Shown here: piece by piece, positions 17,660 through 27,523 of the stretch
Position numbering within the stretch: the first letter of the stretch is position 1
How the letters are laid out: each line of letters begins with the position of its first letter
NCBI GenBank assembly: GCA_030445775.1
Contig: JASUTC010000002.1
Coordinates: 1 to 63,776 of the forward strand
DNA from: Thermotogaceae bacterium
GTDB taxonomy: Bacteria > Thermotogota > Thermotogae > MWEM01
Length of the DNA stretch: 63,776 bases
Reading direction: 5' to 3'
Program-made: the position numbers and the translations under genes
Notes under the pieces: model-generated
What the model saw: only the letters and a program-made list of their open reading frames with translations
Told to the model about the DNA's origin: nothing
Databases searched by the model: none

Positions 17660-19820
17660 CATGGAGAAACAGTTCAAAGAATTATTGAACAAATTGCTGT
17701 TAAACAAAAAAGGTCAATTTAGTTCAGCATATCTTTTTAAATGTTTGAAAGTTAAAAATAAAGAACTCATGGTTATTTTATCAGAATGGATTGATCAATT
17801 AATCAAGCAAGAAAAAGTTGATTTGATCAATACCGGAAAAAGCAAAAAAGATGAAACACTTTACATGACTAAGGTCTTTTTTTTGGAGAAATTAAAACAA
17901 CATTTGTTAACATTTGATTTTCTTTCGGACGAAAATGCTACCTTTTCTTTTTTAAGTCGTGTAACCGAAACACAGCATATCAACACAGATTTATTGGTAG
18001 ACAAAATTCAAAAATTTTTGTGTCCTTTGGTCAAGTTTGTTAAAGGATCAAGAGATGTACCGATCATGTTCAACCTTTACAAAATTTTTGTACCAGAACG
18101 AATGATCAATATTTCAGAGCAAATGATGGAAAACATTGGGTCAGAATCCAGAAGTTTTTCTGAAAGTAAACAAGTCAAAAAAGTGATGTTTAAAAGCGAA
18201 AAAAACCAGCAACATCTTTTTAGTAACTATCAAATTATTCTCACAGCTTTGTCTTATATTTTATTAGAAAAAGGCAAACTGATTTTAACCAAAAGCGAAA
18301 TAAGAGAATCAAGAGGTTATAAAGTCTTTTTTAACAGCCCAAAATTTTCTACATTTACTGATTTGATTCAAAAGATTTACCCATTCAGACCTTATGTCAA
18401 AGATGATCTAATAAGTTTTTATCCAGAAAACTGGTTAGATATCGATCAAATAAAATTGCAAATAAAAAATGAAAGATGTGAAGACTTTTTACAAAAGAAT
18501 TTTGACTTTCTAGATAAAGAGGAGGTCTTAACTTTAAAAAAGGTATTAACCCCTCATCAACAAGCTTCGAAGGTCAAGAAGAATTTGACGGATGAAGAAG
18601 AGAATTCAAAAATAGAAAAAAATGAGAAAACTTTTACTCTAAAGGATGGTAATGACAAAAATGATTTAGACAAATATAAAAAGAGGATATCAGATGAACT
18701 TACAAAGAATCAAAAACAAGTCAATCAGAAAAAAAAGAAAACTAAAAAATCTGAACCCTTAAACTTTTTAGACGAAATCATTTACAAAGAAAGTGAAAAT
18801 AATCAACCCAAAATGATGATAGAACATGAGATAAAAAAAGAATCCAAAAAGAATTCTTTTTCATCTGAATCTTTAATCGATCGTTTAGAACATTTTGATA
18901 AGCGTGAAAAGCATTTTTTAATATGTATCCTTGATTCCACAAAAATCGAATCAGGTTATTATTCACATTCCGGAAGAGATGAAAAATTTCAACTATTTGT
19001 TGAAAAAATTTCATCCTCTGATTTATTTACAGTAAACTTAAAAGATGAAAAATATTATTTGAAAAGAACACATCCAAATGCAAATGCTAAATACAAGCTT
19101 TTAAGAGAAAAATTGAATGAAAGTATAATGGATAACGAAAACAAAGAGGGTTTAAAGGCAGAAGAGGAAACAAATGGTTTTAATTCACAAAAATCCAAAG
19201 ACATGGAAAAAGAAACACAAAAACCAGTAGGCGATGAAAACGGAAAATCTCTCTTGGATGATTTGGTACTGAATGAAAATCCAAAATCTAACGCAACCAT
19301 TGCTGCAGAAACCAATAATATAATAAATGAAGACCATCAAGAATCTTTAATAATCGAAGAAAACAAAAAAGATCAAAAAACCGATGCCAATGACTTAGAA
19401 AATGTTGATCTCGAAAGTTTTTTTGAAATTTCTGATAAGTCTGAAGATGAACATAAAAAAAACATTGAATCTAAACCTTTGCAACAAGAGTTGCCACAAA
19501 ACACTAACGAATCCAGGACTCCAAAAAAAGAAAAATTAGGAGAAGAAACCAACGATTTAAGTGAAGATGAAACAGTTGAAAGTGAATTGGCCGGGAAAAT
19601 TATCTCCGTCCTGACAGATGATCAAGAAAAATGGTTAAAGATAAAGATGCTTTCAGAAGAAATGGACTTTGAATTAAGAGATGGACTTGCCTATAAACCT
19701 GAAATTGCGGTTTTTGATGAAGGCTTTTCTCATTTGGAACCTATTGCAAGAAACACAGATGCTATTATTATGCATATTGATGAATTCATGCGCCTGTTAG
19801 GACTGGAGGATAACCATTGA
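17652..19820 (+). CDS. hypothetical K/E/N-rich soluble protein (about 722 aa)
   Basis: Long ORF. ATG at 17652 after AAAGGGGA is preferred over the track start at 17601. No TM helix and no catalytic motif recognised. The central part is low-complexity and charged. Confidence 0.6.
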   Translation: MNNMEKQFKELLNKLLLNKKGQFSSAYLFKCLKVKNKELMVILSEWIDQLIKQEKVDLINTGKSKKDETLYMTKVFFLEKLKQHLLTFDFLSDENATFSFLSRVTETQHINTDLLVDKIQKFLCPLVKFVKGSRDVPIMFNLYKIFVPERMINISEQMMENIGSESRSFSESKQVKKVMFKSEKNQQHLFSNYQIILTALSYILLEKGKLILTKSEIRESRGYKVFFNSPKFSTFTDLIQKIYPFRPYVKDDLISFYPENWLDIDQIKLQIKNERCEDFLQKNFDFLDKEEVLTLKKVLTPHQQASKVKKNLTDEEENSKIEKNEKTFTLKDGNDKNDLDKYKKRISDELTKNQKQVNQKKKKTKKSEPLNFLDEIIYKESENNQPKMMIEHEIKKESKKNSFSSESLIDRLEHFDKREKHFLICILDSTKIESGYYSHSGRDEKFQLFVEKISSSDLFTVNLKDEKYYLKRTHPNANAKYKLLREKLNESIMDNENKEGLKAEEETNGFNSQKSKDMEKETQKPVGDENGKSLLDDLVLNENPKSNATIAAETNNIINEDHQESLIIEENKKDQKTDANDLENVDLESFFEISDKSEDEHKKNIESKPLQQELPQNTNESRTPKKEKLGEETNDLSEDETVESELAGKIISVLTDDQEKWLKIKMLSEEMDFELRDGLAYKPEIAVFDEGFSHLEPIARNTDAIIMHIDEFMRLLGLEDNH

Positions 19821-20680
19821 GAAGAAGTGTTATCGTTTTTTTTTGTGTATTTGTATTGCTAATGATAGTCATTTTAATCCTCAACAAGACTCCAGAAAAA
19901 TTTATTATAGAAACCTATAACATATACCAAGAAGATAAGTTAACTAAAAAAATAATATTTCTGGACGCTATTACGATTAAGGCCCCTTCGGATGATTTTA
20001 TAGAAGCAATTTACCAAACTAAAGGTGAGTATGTCGATTCAGATTCAGTTTTATTAAGGATGGAAAGTAAAGAAGAAGCCTATCAATTAGCTAAATCTAA
20101 AAACGAATATGCCATTTCTTTACTAAATTCAGGTAAAGCCACTCAGGAAGAAAAACTACAAGCAGTCGAATTGGCAGAAAACAAACTTGAAAATACAAAT
20201 ATCAGAAGCCCTATAGAAGGCTATATTATAAAAGTTCCTGTAAATGAAAGACTTTTTGTAACAAAAGGAACCCCGCTTTTTGAAATTTTACCAATAGATT
20301 CAAGTGCATACGTTCAAATTAATGCCGAAGAGGAAGTAATATTGAAAAGTGCTGAATTCGTAAAGGTTTGTATAAAACCTTCTGAATTAGAATGGTTATT
20401 AGAAGAAACACAAATCGTTGAACAAAACAACAGCCGTTATTTATTACTTTTCAGTGATTTTGAAGGAATAGATCGAGAATTATTAGACTCACTTTACTGT
20501 GAAATACTGATAACTTATATAGACAATCAAGCAGCTTGGATCCCTAAAGAATATGTCTATGATGAATTTGTATATTTGGAAGGAAATAAAAAAATGGAAA
20601 TAAACATCCTGGAACAGAAAAATGACCTTCTTTTAGTTCAAGGACTAAAAGATCATGACATTTTGATTAAAAAGAGGTGA
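19817..20680 (+). CDS. HlyD/membrane-fusion-protein-like periplasmic adaptor
   Basis: N-terminal TM helix and a split lipoyl-like motif (ITIKAP...SVLLRME and IRSPIEGYIIKVPV...GTPLFEI) flanking a short helical hairpin. The TTG start overlaps the upstream TGA. Confidence 0.55.
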   Translation: MRRSVIVFFCVFVLLMIVILILNKTPEKFIIETYNIYQEDKLTKKIIFLDAITIKAPSDDFIEAIYQTKGEYVDSDSVLLRMESKEEAYQLAKSKNEYAISLLNSGKATQEEKLQAVELAENKLENTNIRSPIEGYIIKVPVNERLFVTKGTPLFEILPIDSSAYVQINAEEEVILKSAEFVKVCIKPSELEWLLEETQIVEQNNSRYLLLFSDFEGIDRELLDSLYCEILITYIDNQAAWIPKEYVYDEFVYLEGNKKMEINILEQKNDLLLVQGLKDHDILIKKR

Positions 20681-20684
20681 GAAT

Positions 20685-21758
20685 ATGGCGATTTTAGATA
20701 TTCCAAAATTGATATATCACGCGTTTCAATTAAACGCATCAGATGTTCATCTTTCGGTAGGGGAACATCCGGTATACAGGGTTTTCGGAGAGTTACAAAG
20801 ATTAACAGATGTTCCTGTTTTTACAAAAGACGACTTAGAAAAAAGTATCAATTACTTGTACGAAAAAATCGGACTAAAAAAAACCGAAAAGAAAGAAAAT
20901 GATTTTTCTTTTGGTATTAAGGATACCATCAGGGTAAGATCAAATATTTACTATGAGAGAAGAAATCCTGCAGCTGCTTTTAGGATCATTACAAAAAAAG
21001 TTAGAACGCTGGATGAACTTCAATTACCATCGATACTTCGTGAATGGAGTGAAAAGAAAAGTGGTTTGATTTTAGTTGCAGGTCCTACAGGTAGTGGTAA
21101 ATCAACATCTATGGCTGCCATGTTAGAACACATCAATGAAATTAATAATGTCCATATATTAACCGTTGAGGATCCTATCGAGTATATCTTTGAAAGTAAA
21201 AAGGCATTGATTCACCAAAGGGAATTAGGTTTGGATACAGATTCTTTTAAAGATGGACTGAAATATGCACTCAGGCAGGACCCGGATGTAATACTTGTGG
21301 GTGAAATGCGAGATCTTGAAACCATGGCATTGGCTTTAACGGCAGCAGAAACGGGACATCTTGTTTTTGGAACGATTCATACAAACTCAGCAGCTACTGC
21401 TCCCGAAAGGATCGTTGATGTTTTTCCGGCTCATCAGCAAAGACAAATCACCCTCCAATTGGCAAATTCTTTGATTGGTGTTTTGTATCAGAGACTTGTC
21501 AAACGCAAGGATAATGAAGGCTTTTTCCCTGTTGCCGAGATTATGATTGCCACATCAGGAGTTAGAAATCTAATTAGGGAACAAAAACTCCATCAAATCG
21601 GAACTTTGATGGAAACCGGGAAAAAATTTGGCATGAAATCCTTTGACGAAGCTTTATTAGAAGCCTATGATAATCAGATCATTTCCAAAGAAAGTTTATT
21701 TAGCTTTTGTAGGGATGTAGAAAAAGTGGAGAAAAAAATTGGCCAATATACATTATGA
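20685..21758 (+). CDS. pilT: type IV pilus retraction ATPase PilT family
   Basis: Contains ASDVHL, Walker A GPTGSGKST, ILVGEMRD and GHLVFGTIHT in a 357-aa protein. Confidence 0.9.
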   Translation: MAILDIPKLIYHAFQLNASDVHLSVGEHPVYRVFGELQRLTDVPVFTKDDLEKSINYLYEKIGLKKTEKKENDFSFGIKDTIRVRSNIYYERRNPAAAFRIITKKVRTLDELQLPSILREWSEKKSGLILVAGPTGSGKSTSMAAMLEHINEINNVHILTVEDPIEYIFESKKALIHQRELGLDTDSFKDGLKYALRQDPDVILVGEMRDLETMALALTAAETGHLVFGTIHTNSAATAPERIVDVFPAHQQRQITLQLANSLIGVLYQRLVKRKDNEGFFPVAEIMIATSGVRNLIREQKLHQIGTLMETGKKFGMKSFDEALLEAYDNQIISKESLFSFCRDVEKVEKKIGQYTL

Positions 21759-22161
21759 TAAAAAAAATTTAGAAACACTTTTTGATTTTAGCAAAATTGT
21801 ATCCAACAAAAATGAAATACCTACCGATGTTTTAGCCTTTGTTGGCGATTCTTTCTTTAACATGGTCGCTACTTTTCATTCGATTGGTGATGGAAGAATA
21901 AAAACAGCAAAAGCGTTTAAGAAAGGGGTAAAACATAAAAGGGCATCCGGTCAGCGAAAATTTTTAGAAAAAATAGAAGCTCTTCTGACTGTGGAAGAGT
22001 TAGAGGTTGTAAAAAAAGGCTTAAACTCCAAAGGCGCCAAAAAAAGGGGTAATGATTATGATTACAGATATTCCACTGCTTTTGAAACTCTTGTAGGATA
22101 TCTTTTTTTGAAAAGGGAATGGGAGAGATTAGATATTATCTTTAGCGAGTGCTTTAAATGA
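21739..22161 (+). CDS. mrnC: mini-ribonuclease III
   Basis: Contains LAFVGDSFFNMV and YRYSTAFETLVGYLFL in a 140-aa protein. TTG start after GGAGA; overlaps the pilT 3' end by 20 nt. Confidence 0.75.
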   Translation: MANIHYDKKNLETLFDFSKIVSNKNEIPTDVLAFVGDSFFNMVATFHSIGDGRIKTAKAFKKGVKHKRASGQRKFLEKIEALLTVEELEVVKKGLNSKGAKKRGNDYDYRYSTAFETLVGYLFLKREWERLDIIFSECFK

Positions 22162-22196
22162 CGATAATTAAATGACTTCTTTTAGAAGGTGAAGTT

Positions 22197-24896
22197 ATGA
22201 ACATAGCAAAAGGAACGGCTGCAGCCATATCTTTACAATCCTTTGCAAAAAAAACTGAAGGAAAAAGTAAAACGGGGGCTTATTTTGGTAAAGTCATTGC
22301 TAAATCCGGTAAAGAGATTCAGGTATTAATCAATGATAAGGTTTATAGAATTGAACCGGGAAATGCTCAAACTATAAAAATCGGCGATAAAATACAGGTT
22401 TTTTTCGGTAAAGATTTACCTCAACAAATTTCAGAGGAAATGCTTCAACGAATAAGTGGGAAACTCATAGATGTCTTTTCTCTTTCCTTGCCATACAATA
22501 CAACCAAAGAATTAGAAAATTTGATTAATCAAATGCCTCAAAATGAACGTCTTCAGTTTGCTAAAATATCAAATGAGATGGTTCAAATGGTTGAGTCTAT
22601 CTTAAAAGAAGAATTTTCAATGCAAACGGAAAAAACTCCAGAATCGACTAAAAATTCCTTTAACCTTTTTGATCCAGAGTTACCATATAACAGAAGACTT
22701 GTAGAATTGTCGCTTAAAGCAAAAGAAATGGGGAAAGTTTGGGAGCAAATACCCGATACTATAAAAAAAGAAATCATCAAAAAATATGTCCTTTTTGATC
22801 TTCAAAAGCAAAAAGCAAATGCCAAAAGCAATACATTAGTTCAAAAAACAAGAAATACCCTTTCTCAAGGCATTCAAAAACATAACATCAGTTCACAGAA
22901 GAGTTCTGAAGTTGAAGTTAAATCTTTAGAATTGAAAAATAATAAATCACAACAAGACGATTTGCCGATTAATCAAAAAATAAATGAAGCTATGAAAAAT
23001 GATGGCAGTTTAAAAAAAGCTGTCATAATGGATAAGGTGGAACAGTTAAGCAAAAATCACCCACAGACCTTGGGGAAATCAGAAAAAATACAACAAAATG
23101 TTCAAAATTCAAATATATCAGAAAACACATCTGACAAAGATAACAAAAAACCAATTTCTAAAGCTTCTGCAAATCTACTTCCTTTAAAAACAATTCATAA
23201 TGATCGTAATGTAACAGAAAATTTAAAGTTCGCAAGGCCAAAAATTCCATTAACACAAGAGGTATCCAAATTAAAATTAACCCAAAGTAATAATCAGACT
23301 AAAGGAAGTTTAAACACATCAAAGGCCAATACAAACGTCCATCAAAATTCGTCTGAAGTACAATCCAATGATTCTACTCGTTCTAATCCATCCATTAATG
23401 TGAACAATGAAAAGATATTTTTTACAAAGGAAGATATAAAGATAATCACAAAGATTCTTGAAAATAGTATCAGTAAACCGTTATCAATTGAAAAGAATAT
23501 TGAAAAACTCGATAGGGTAATCAATTCGAATAACTTTGATAAATTGAAAATTGATTCAGTTGGAACGACAATGAAGCAAGTCAATGGCTCTAAAGATGTT
23601 GAAAATATCTTGCAGTTAATTAAAGAAATATCTTTATTCGAAGATTCATCAAAAAGTTTTGCTTTATCTAATGCTTCGGTGCAAAAAAACAATTTTTGGG
23701 ATTATTTTTCAAACGATAGTTTTGAAAAATTGACCCGTTCTCCACTCATGGATGTTGAGATCAAGAATATGATTTCTTATTTTAGAAATACCGGAATTCC
23801 AGTGCGGGATGCATTTCATACAACTCTTGATATTGTTAATTTAGCTTCTCGGGCTAACCGAGAAGAAAATATCAGTACTCAGCTTTACTCCATATCATTA
23901 AAGCAATATTTAAAACTCAAATTACCTCAACTGATTGTAAACAATAATATTAGTCAAAAAAGTGAAAATGAGCTTATTAATAAAATAGAGTCGTTTTCAA
24001 AAAAGGCATTTATCATCGTTAAAGCCTTTACTGAAAGGTTCCTCACAGAAAAACAATCAGAAATCAACCCACAATCAAAAAAAACAGCAGACGGAAAAAC
24101 AGCAGCCAAGGATTTATCGGAGGCTACAGTTTCCAGGAATTTCGAGAATAATCGAAAAATAACACATGAAGACACCCGTCAAATCAATCCCAAAATGAAA
24201 GAAAATTCAATTGATTCAAGCGTGAGTTCTGGAAGGCATGTAAAAGGGAAAATTCAAAAAGAATTATCCACTGATTCTTCTTCACGAAGCAAAAATCAAG
24301 GCAAAAATCAAGAAACAATGACTAATCAACAAAATTTAAAAAAAGAAGGTTTAACTGAACAAATCAATCCAAAAAACGGAAACGACAAACCCGTCCAAAA
24401 TGAAAGTAAATTGCAAGCACAAATGAGATTTAATGAACACATTCAAAAAAATGAGTATTCTTCAGAAAAAATATTGAAGTTTTTAAATATTTCATCAGAA
24501 AAAAATGATTTTTCTAATCCCTATTCATCAATCATAACCTTAAACGAACAACCATTCGTGATCGATTTTCATCATCAAAAGATGGATAAGGGAGGTTATG
24601 AAAAGAATGAAATGTACAGAGTGTTTATTGAGACCAATACGCAGTTATTCGGTACAGTATTTGTTGATACGATGGTATCGAACAAGAATATTGATATCTA
24701 TATTTATGCCGAAGAGCAATATGCAAAAGCTTTTACAAATCATTCCTCAACATTGATAAAAAGAATAAAAGAAACAGATTATAATTTAAGTGGACTTTTC
24801 ATAAGAGAAAAGATAGATCAAAATGAGATCTTAAAATTGAAGGTCAAAGAACATACAAATACCAAAAATGAGAGGGGGTTTTTTAGTTTCGCATGA
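22197..24896 (+). CDS. large low-complexity protein with FliK-like (hook-length control) C-terminal domain
   Basis: 899 aa and Q/N/S/K-rich. The C-terminal ~120 aa (FVIDFHHQ...YRVFIETNTQLFGTVFVDTMVSNKNIDIYIYAEEQYAKAF) resembles the Flg_hook domain. It lies directly upstream of a FlhB C-terminal domain homologue. Confidence 0.5.
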   Translation: MNIAKGTAAAISLQSFAKKTEGKSKTGAYFGKVIAKSGKEIQVLINDKVYRIEPGNAQTIKIGDKIQVFFGKDLPQQISEEMLQRISGKLIDVFSLSLPYNTTKELENLINQMPQNERLQFAKISNEMVQMVESILKEEFSMQTEKTPESTKNSFNLFDPELPYNRRLVELSLKAKEMGKVWEQIPDTIKKEIIKKYVLFDLQKQKANAKSNTLVQKTRNTLSQGIQKHNISSQKSSEVEVKSLELKNNKSQQDDLPINQKINEAMKNDGSLKKAVIMDKVEQLSKNHPQTLGKSEKIQQNVQNSNISENTSDKDNKKPISKASANLLPLKTIHNDRNVTENLKFARPKIPLTQEVSKLKLTQSNNQTKGSLNTSKANTNVHQNSSEVQSNDSTRSNPSINVNNEKIFFTKEDIKIITKILENSISKPLSIEKNIEKLDRVINSNNFDKLKIDSVGTTMKQVNGSKDVENILQLIKEISLFEDSSKSFALSNASVQKNNFWDYFSNDSFEKLTRSPLMDVEIKNMISYFRNTGIPVRDAFHTTLDIVNLASRANREENISTQLYSISLKQYLKLKLPQLIVNNNISQKSENELINKIESFSKKAFIIVKAFTERFLTEKQSEINPQSKKTADGKTAAKDLSEATVSRNFENNRKITHEDTRQINPKMKENSIDSSVSSGRHVKGKIQKELSTDSSSRSKNQGKNQETMTNQQNLKKEGLTEQINPKNGNDKPVQNESKLQAQMRFNEHIQKNEYSSEKILKFLNISSEKNDFSNPYSSIITLNEQPFVIDFHHQKMDKGGYEKNEMYRVFIETNTQLFGTVFVDTMVSNKNIDIYIYAEEQYAKAFTNHSSTLIKRIKETDYNLSGLFIREKIDQNEILKLKVKEHTNTKNERGFFSFA

Positions 24897-25189
24897 AAAA
24901 AACAGATCAACATGGAAAAAGAATAAATGAAGAAGAAATTAACGAAGCAGCTGCCTTAAAATACAATCCGGAAGATGGACCGGTGCCAAGAATTGTGGCA
25001 CAGGCGAAAGGTGAATTGGCAAAAAGAATCGTTGAAATAGCTTTGGAAAATGATATACCCATTTACAAGGATGAAAAATTAGTAGAAAAATTACTTGATT
25101 TGGATTATTATTCTGAAATCCCCCCTGAGCTATACAAAGCAGTGGCTGAAGTAATCGTTTATGTTTATCAACTTGGTGGGTTTAAATAA
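24893..25189 (+). CDS. FlhB C-terminal-domain-like protein (EscU/YscU/HrcU family, YlqH-like)
   Basis: 98 aa containing AAALKYNPEDGPVPRIVAQAKGELAKRIVEIALENDIPIY...IPPELYKAVAEVIVYVY. ATGA overlap with the upstream gene. Confidence 0.8.
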   Translation: MKKTDQHGKRINEEEINEAAALKYNPEDGPVPRIVAQAKGELAKRIVEIALENDIPIYKDEKLVEKLLDLDYYSEIPPELYKAVAEVIVYVYQLGGFK

Positions 25190-25204
25190 AAGCGAGGAAA
25201 AAGA

Positions 25205-26566
25205 TTGAAGACAAAACACTTTACAAATTATCAAGAAACTTTAGATTATTTTTTTCATTCAAGGCCACATGGAACTATCAAATTAGGATTAAGTCGTATT
25301 ATCAAATTGCTTGAATTAATCGGCAATCCACAAACGAATTTTGATGCACTTCAGGTTGCAGGCACAAACGGAAAAGGTTCCGTTACACGTTTACTATCAA
25401 CCATCTTCACAGAGTTATCATACAAAACGGGTGCCAATTATTCACCTCATTTGACTTGCTTTAATGAGCGAATTACGTTTAATAATCAATTAATCACGGA
25501 TGAAGAAATAATCGAATTGGCAAATAACATTTATGATTCAGTTGACACAATGGATCAAATATCGGAAGAGATGAAACCCAGTTTTTTTGAATGTACGACT
25601 GCAATGGCATTTAAGTACTTTGAAAAAAAGAGCTGTGAAATTGCTGCTGTAGAAGTGGGGTTAGGGGGAAGATTGGATGCCACAACTGCTTTAAATCCAG
25701 CTGTTACTGCTATTACTTCAATAAGTTTGGATCATGTGAAGACCTTGGGAGATACCATAGAAAAAATCGCTTATGAAAAAGCAGGTATTATCAAAGAACG
25801 AACGCCAATTGTTTCTGGAACGGATAGATCTGAAGCAATTTCAGTCATAGAAAAAGTTGCTCATGAAAAGAAGGCACCAATCTATCTATATTCAAAGGAT
25901 TATGATTATGAATTGGTAAAAAGCAGCATTGATGATAATATATTCAATTTTTACAGCAAAGAAAAAGATATTAAAAAAATAAGATTAAGAATGAACGGTA
26001 TTCATCAGATGAAAAACGCATCAACGGCTATAATGGTTTATTTGTTATATTGTGAAAAAAGAGGAATTAAAGTAGCTGAGGATAGTCTTAAAAATGCTAT
26101 TTGGCATGCCAACTGGCCCGGAAGATTTGAAAAAATTTCCGATAACCCTTTGATAATAGTTGACGGAGCACACAATCCAGAGGGGATAGATGCGTTGATA
26201 GCAAACTGGCAAATCTATTTTGGAAATATAAAACCAGTCTTACTGACCGGTATGCTAAGTGGGAAAGATTATACTCATATTGTTAAAGCATTATCTGAGA
26301 TTTCATCTTTTGTCATTATAACTGAACCAAACTCGCCCAGAGATACAGATACTTCCATCATAGTAAAAGAATATAAAAAACAAAAGAAAGACAGGGAAGT
26401 TAGTTATGTCCCGAATCATAAATCGGCATGTACAAAAGCATTGGAACTGTCTGAACAAAAAAGGCTACCGATTCTTATTACCGGATCACTTTATGTTATA
26501 GGCTATTTAAAAGAAATTATGAAAACCTTAGAATTTAAAAAGCAAATCCCAGGAGGTGTATTTTGA
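25205..26566 (+). CDS. folC: bifunctional folylpolyglutamate synthase / dihydrofolate synthase
   Basis: Mur-ligase P-loop VAGTNGKGSV, followed by DGAHNPEG. 453 aa. Confidence 0.9.
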   Translation: MKTKHFTNYQETLDYFFHSRPHGTIKLGLSRIIKLLELIGNPQTNFDALQVAGTNGKGSVTRLLSTIFTELSYKTGANYSPHLTCFNERITFNNQLITDEEIIELANNIYDSVDTMDQISEEMKPSFFECTTAMAFKYFEKKSCEIAAVEVGLGGRLDATTALNPAVTAITSISLDHVKTLGDTIEKIAYEKAGIIKERTPIVSGTDRSEAISVIEKVAHEKKAPIYLYSKDYDYELVKSSIDDNIFNFYSKEKDIKKIRLRMNGIHQMKNASTAIMVYLLYCEKRGIKVAEDSLKNAIWHANWPGRFEKISDNPLIIVDGAHNPEGIDALIANWQIYFGNIKPVLLTGMLSGKDYTHIVKALSEISSFVIITEPNSPRDTDTSIIVKEYKKQKKDREVSYVPNHKSACTKALELSEQKRLPILITGSLYVIGYLKEIMKTLEFKKQIPGGVF

Positions 26567-26634
26567 AACTCCATTCATTAGCAGAAATTCGCCACTTATG
26601 ATAAAATCTTAATATGAGTTAAAGAGGAGATTAT

Positions 26635-27498
26635 ATGAAAGAAAGCTGGCGAAAAGATAATTTTGAATCCTATCTGTATCATTCCGTTGAAAAGGCCATA
26701 AATGACCATAATTGGAAGGAACAAATACTATATTCGTTAAAAGCGGGTGGTAAGCGTTTTAGACCGGCTTTATCCTATTTGTGCGGTGAAACGTTATCAA
26801 TGAAGCAAGAGCCCTTGTATTCGATAGGTTCGGCGATTGAGTTGTTGCATACAGCTTCTTTGATACACGATGATTTACCGGAAATCGATGATGATGACTA
26901 TCGAAGGGGACAATTGTCCCATCATAAACAATATGATCATGGTACTGCCGTTGTTGCAGGTGATTACATTTTTTTTCTTGCCTTTGATTTCATCACAAAC
27001 CTTAATCATTCGAAATTGATAAAATACTTTATTCAATCTTCTAAAGATCTCGCTTACGGAGAATATCTTGATATTATAATGGAAGACAAATCAAGCGTCT
27101 CTCCAAAAGCCCTTTTAGAAATGTATGAATTCAAAACTGCCAAGCTTATTGAATTTTCAATAACCGCACCTTCGGTTCTCAGTAATCAGCCACAACAGCA
27201 TATTCAAAAATTGAAACGTGCCGGTCAGATGTTGGGTATCGCCTTTCAAATTTTGGATGATCTCAAAGGGATAGAAGGGACTTTTGAGAAAATAGGAAAA
27301 ACTCCTGGAAAGGATCTTATCAACGGGAAAAAAACAATCCCATCCTTGTTAGGTATAGAGTCTGCAAGAAAGATAGTCAACGAGAAAAAAGAAAAATGTA
27401 TATTAGAGTTAGAATCGATAAAAGACATCGATGGTAATGACTATTGCAATGTCATTAATTACTTGCAATCAGTATGGAAGAATATTGTTACTGCATAA
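26635..27498 (+). CDS. polyprenyl (farnesyl/geranylgeranyl) diphosphate synthase
   Basis: First Asp-rich motif LIHDDLPEIDDDDYRRG and second motif FQILDDLKG. Confidence 0.9.
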   Translation: MKESWRKDNFESYLYHSVEKAINDHNWKEQILYSLKAGGKRFRPALSYLCGETLSMKQEPLYSIGSAIELLHTASLIHDDLPEIDDDDYRRGQLSHHKQYDHGTAVVAGDYIFFLAFDFITNLNHSKLIKYFIQSSKDLAYGEYLDIIMEDKSSVSPKALLEMYEFKTAKLIEFSITAPSVLSNQPQQHIQKLKRAGQMLGIAFQILDDLKGIEGTFEKIGKTPGKDLINGKKTIPSLLGIESARKIVNEKKEKCILELESIKDIDGNDYCNVINYLQSVWKNIVTA

Positions 27499-27523
27499 TA
27501 AAAAAACGAAAGGATGGTACTGA

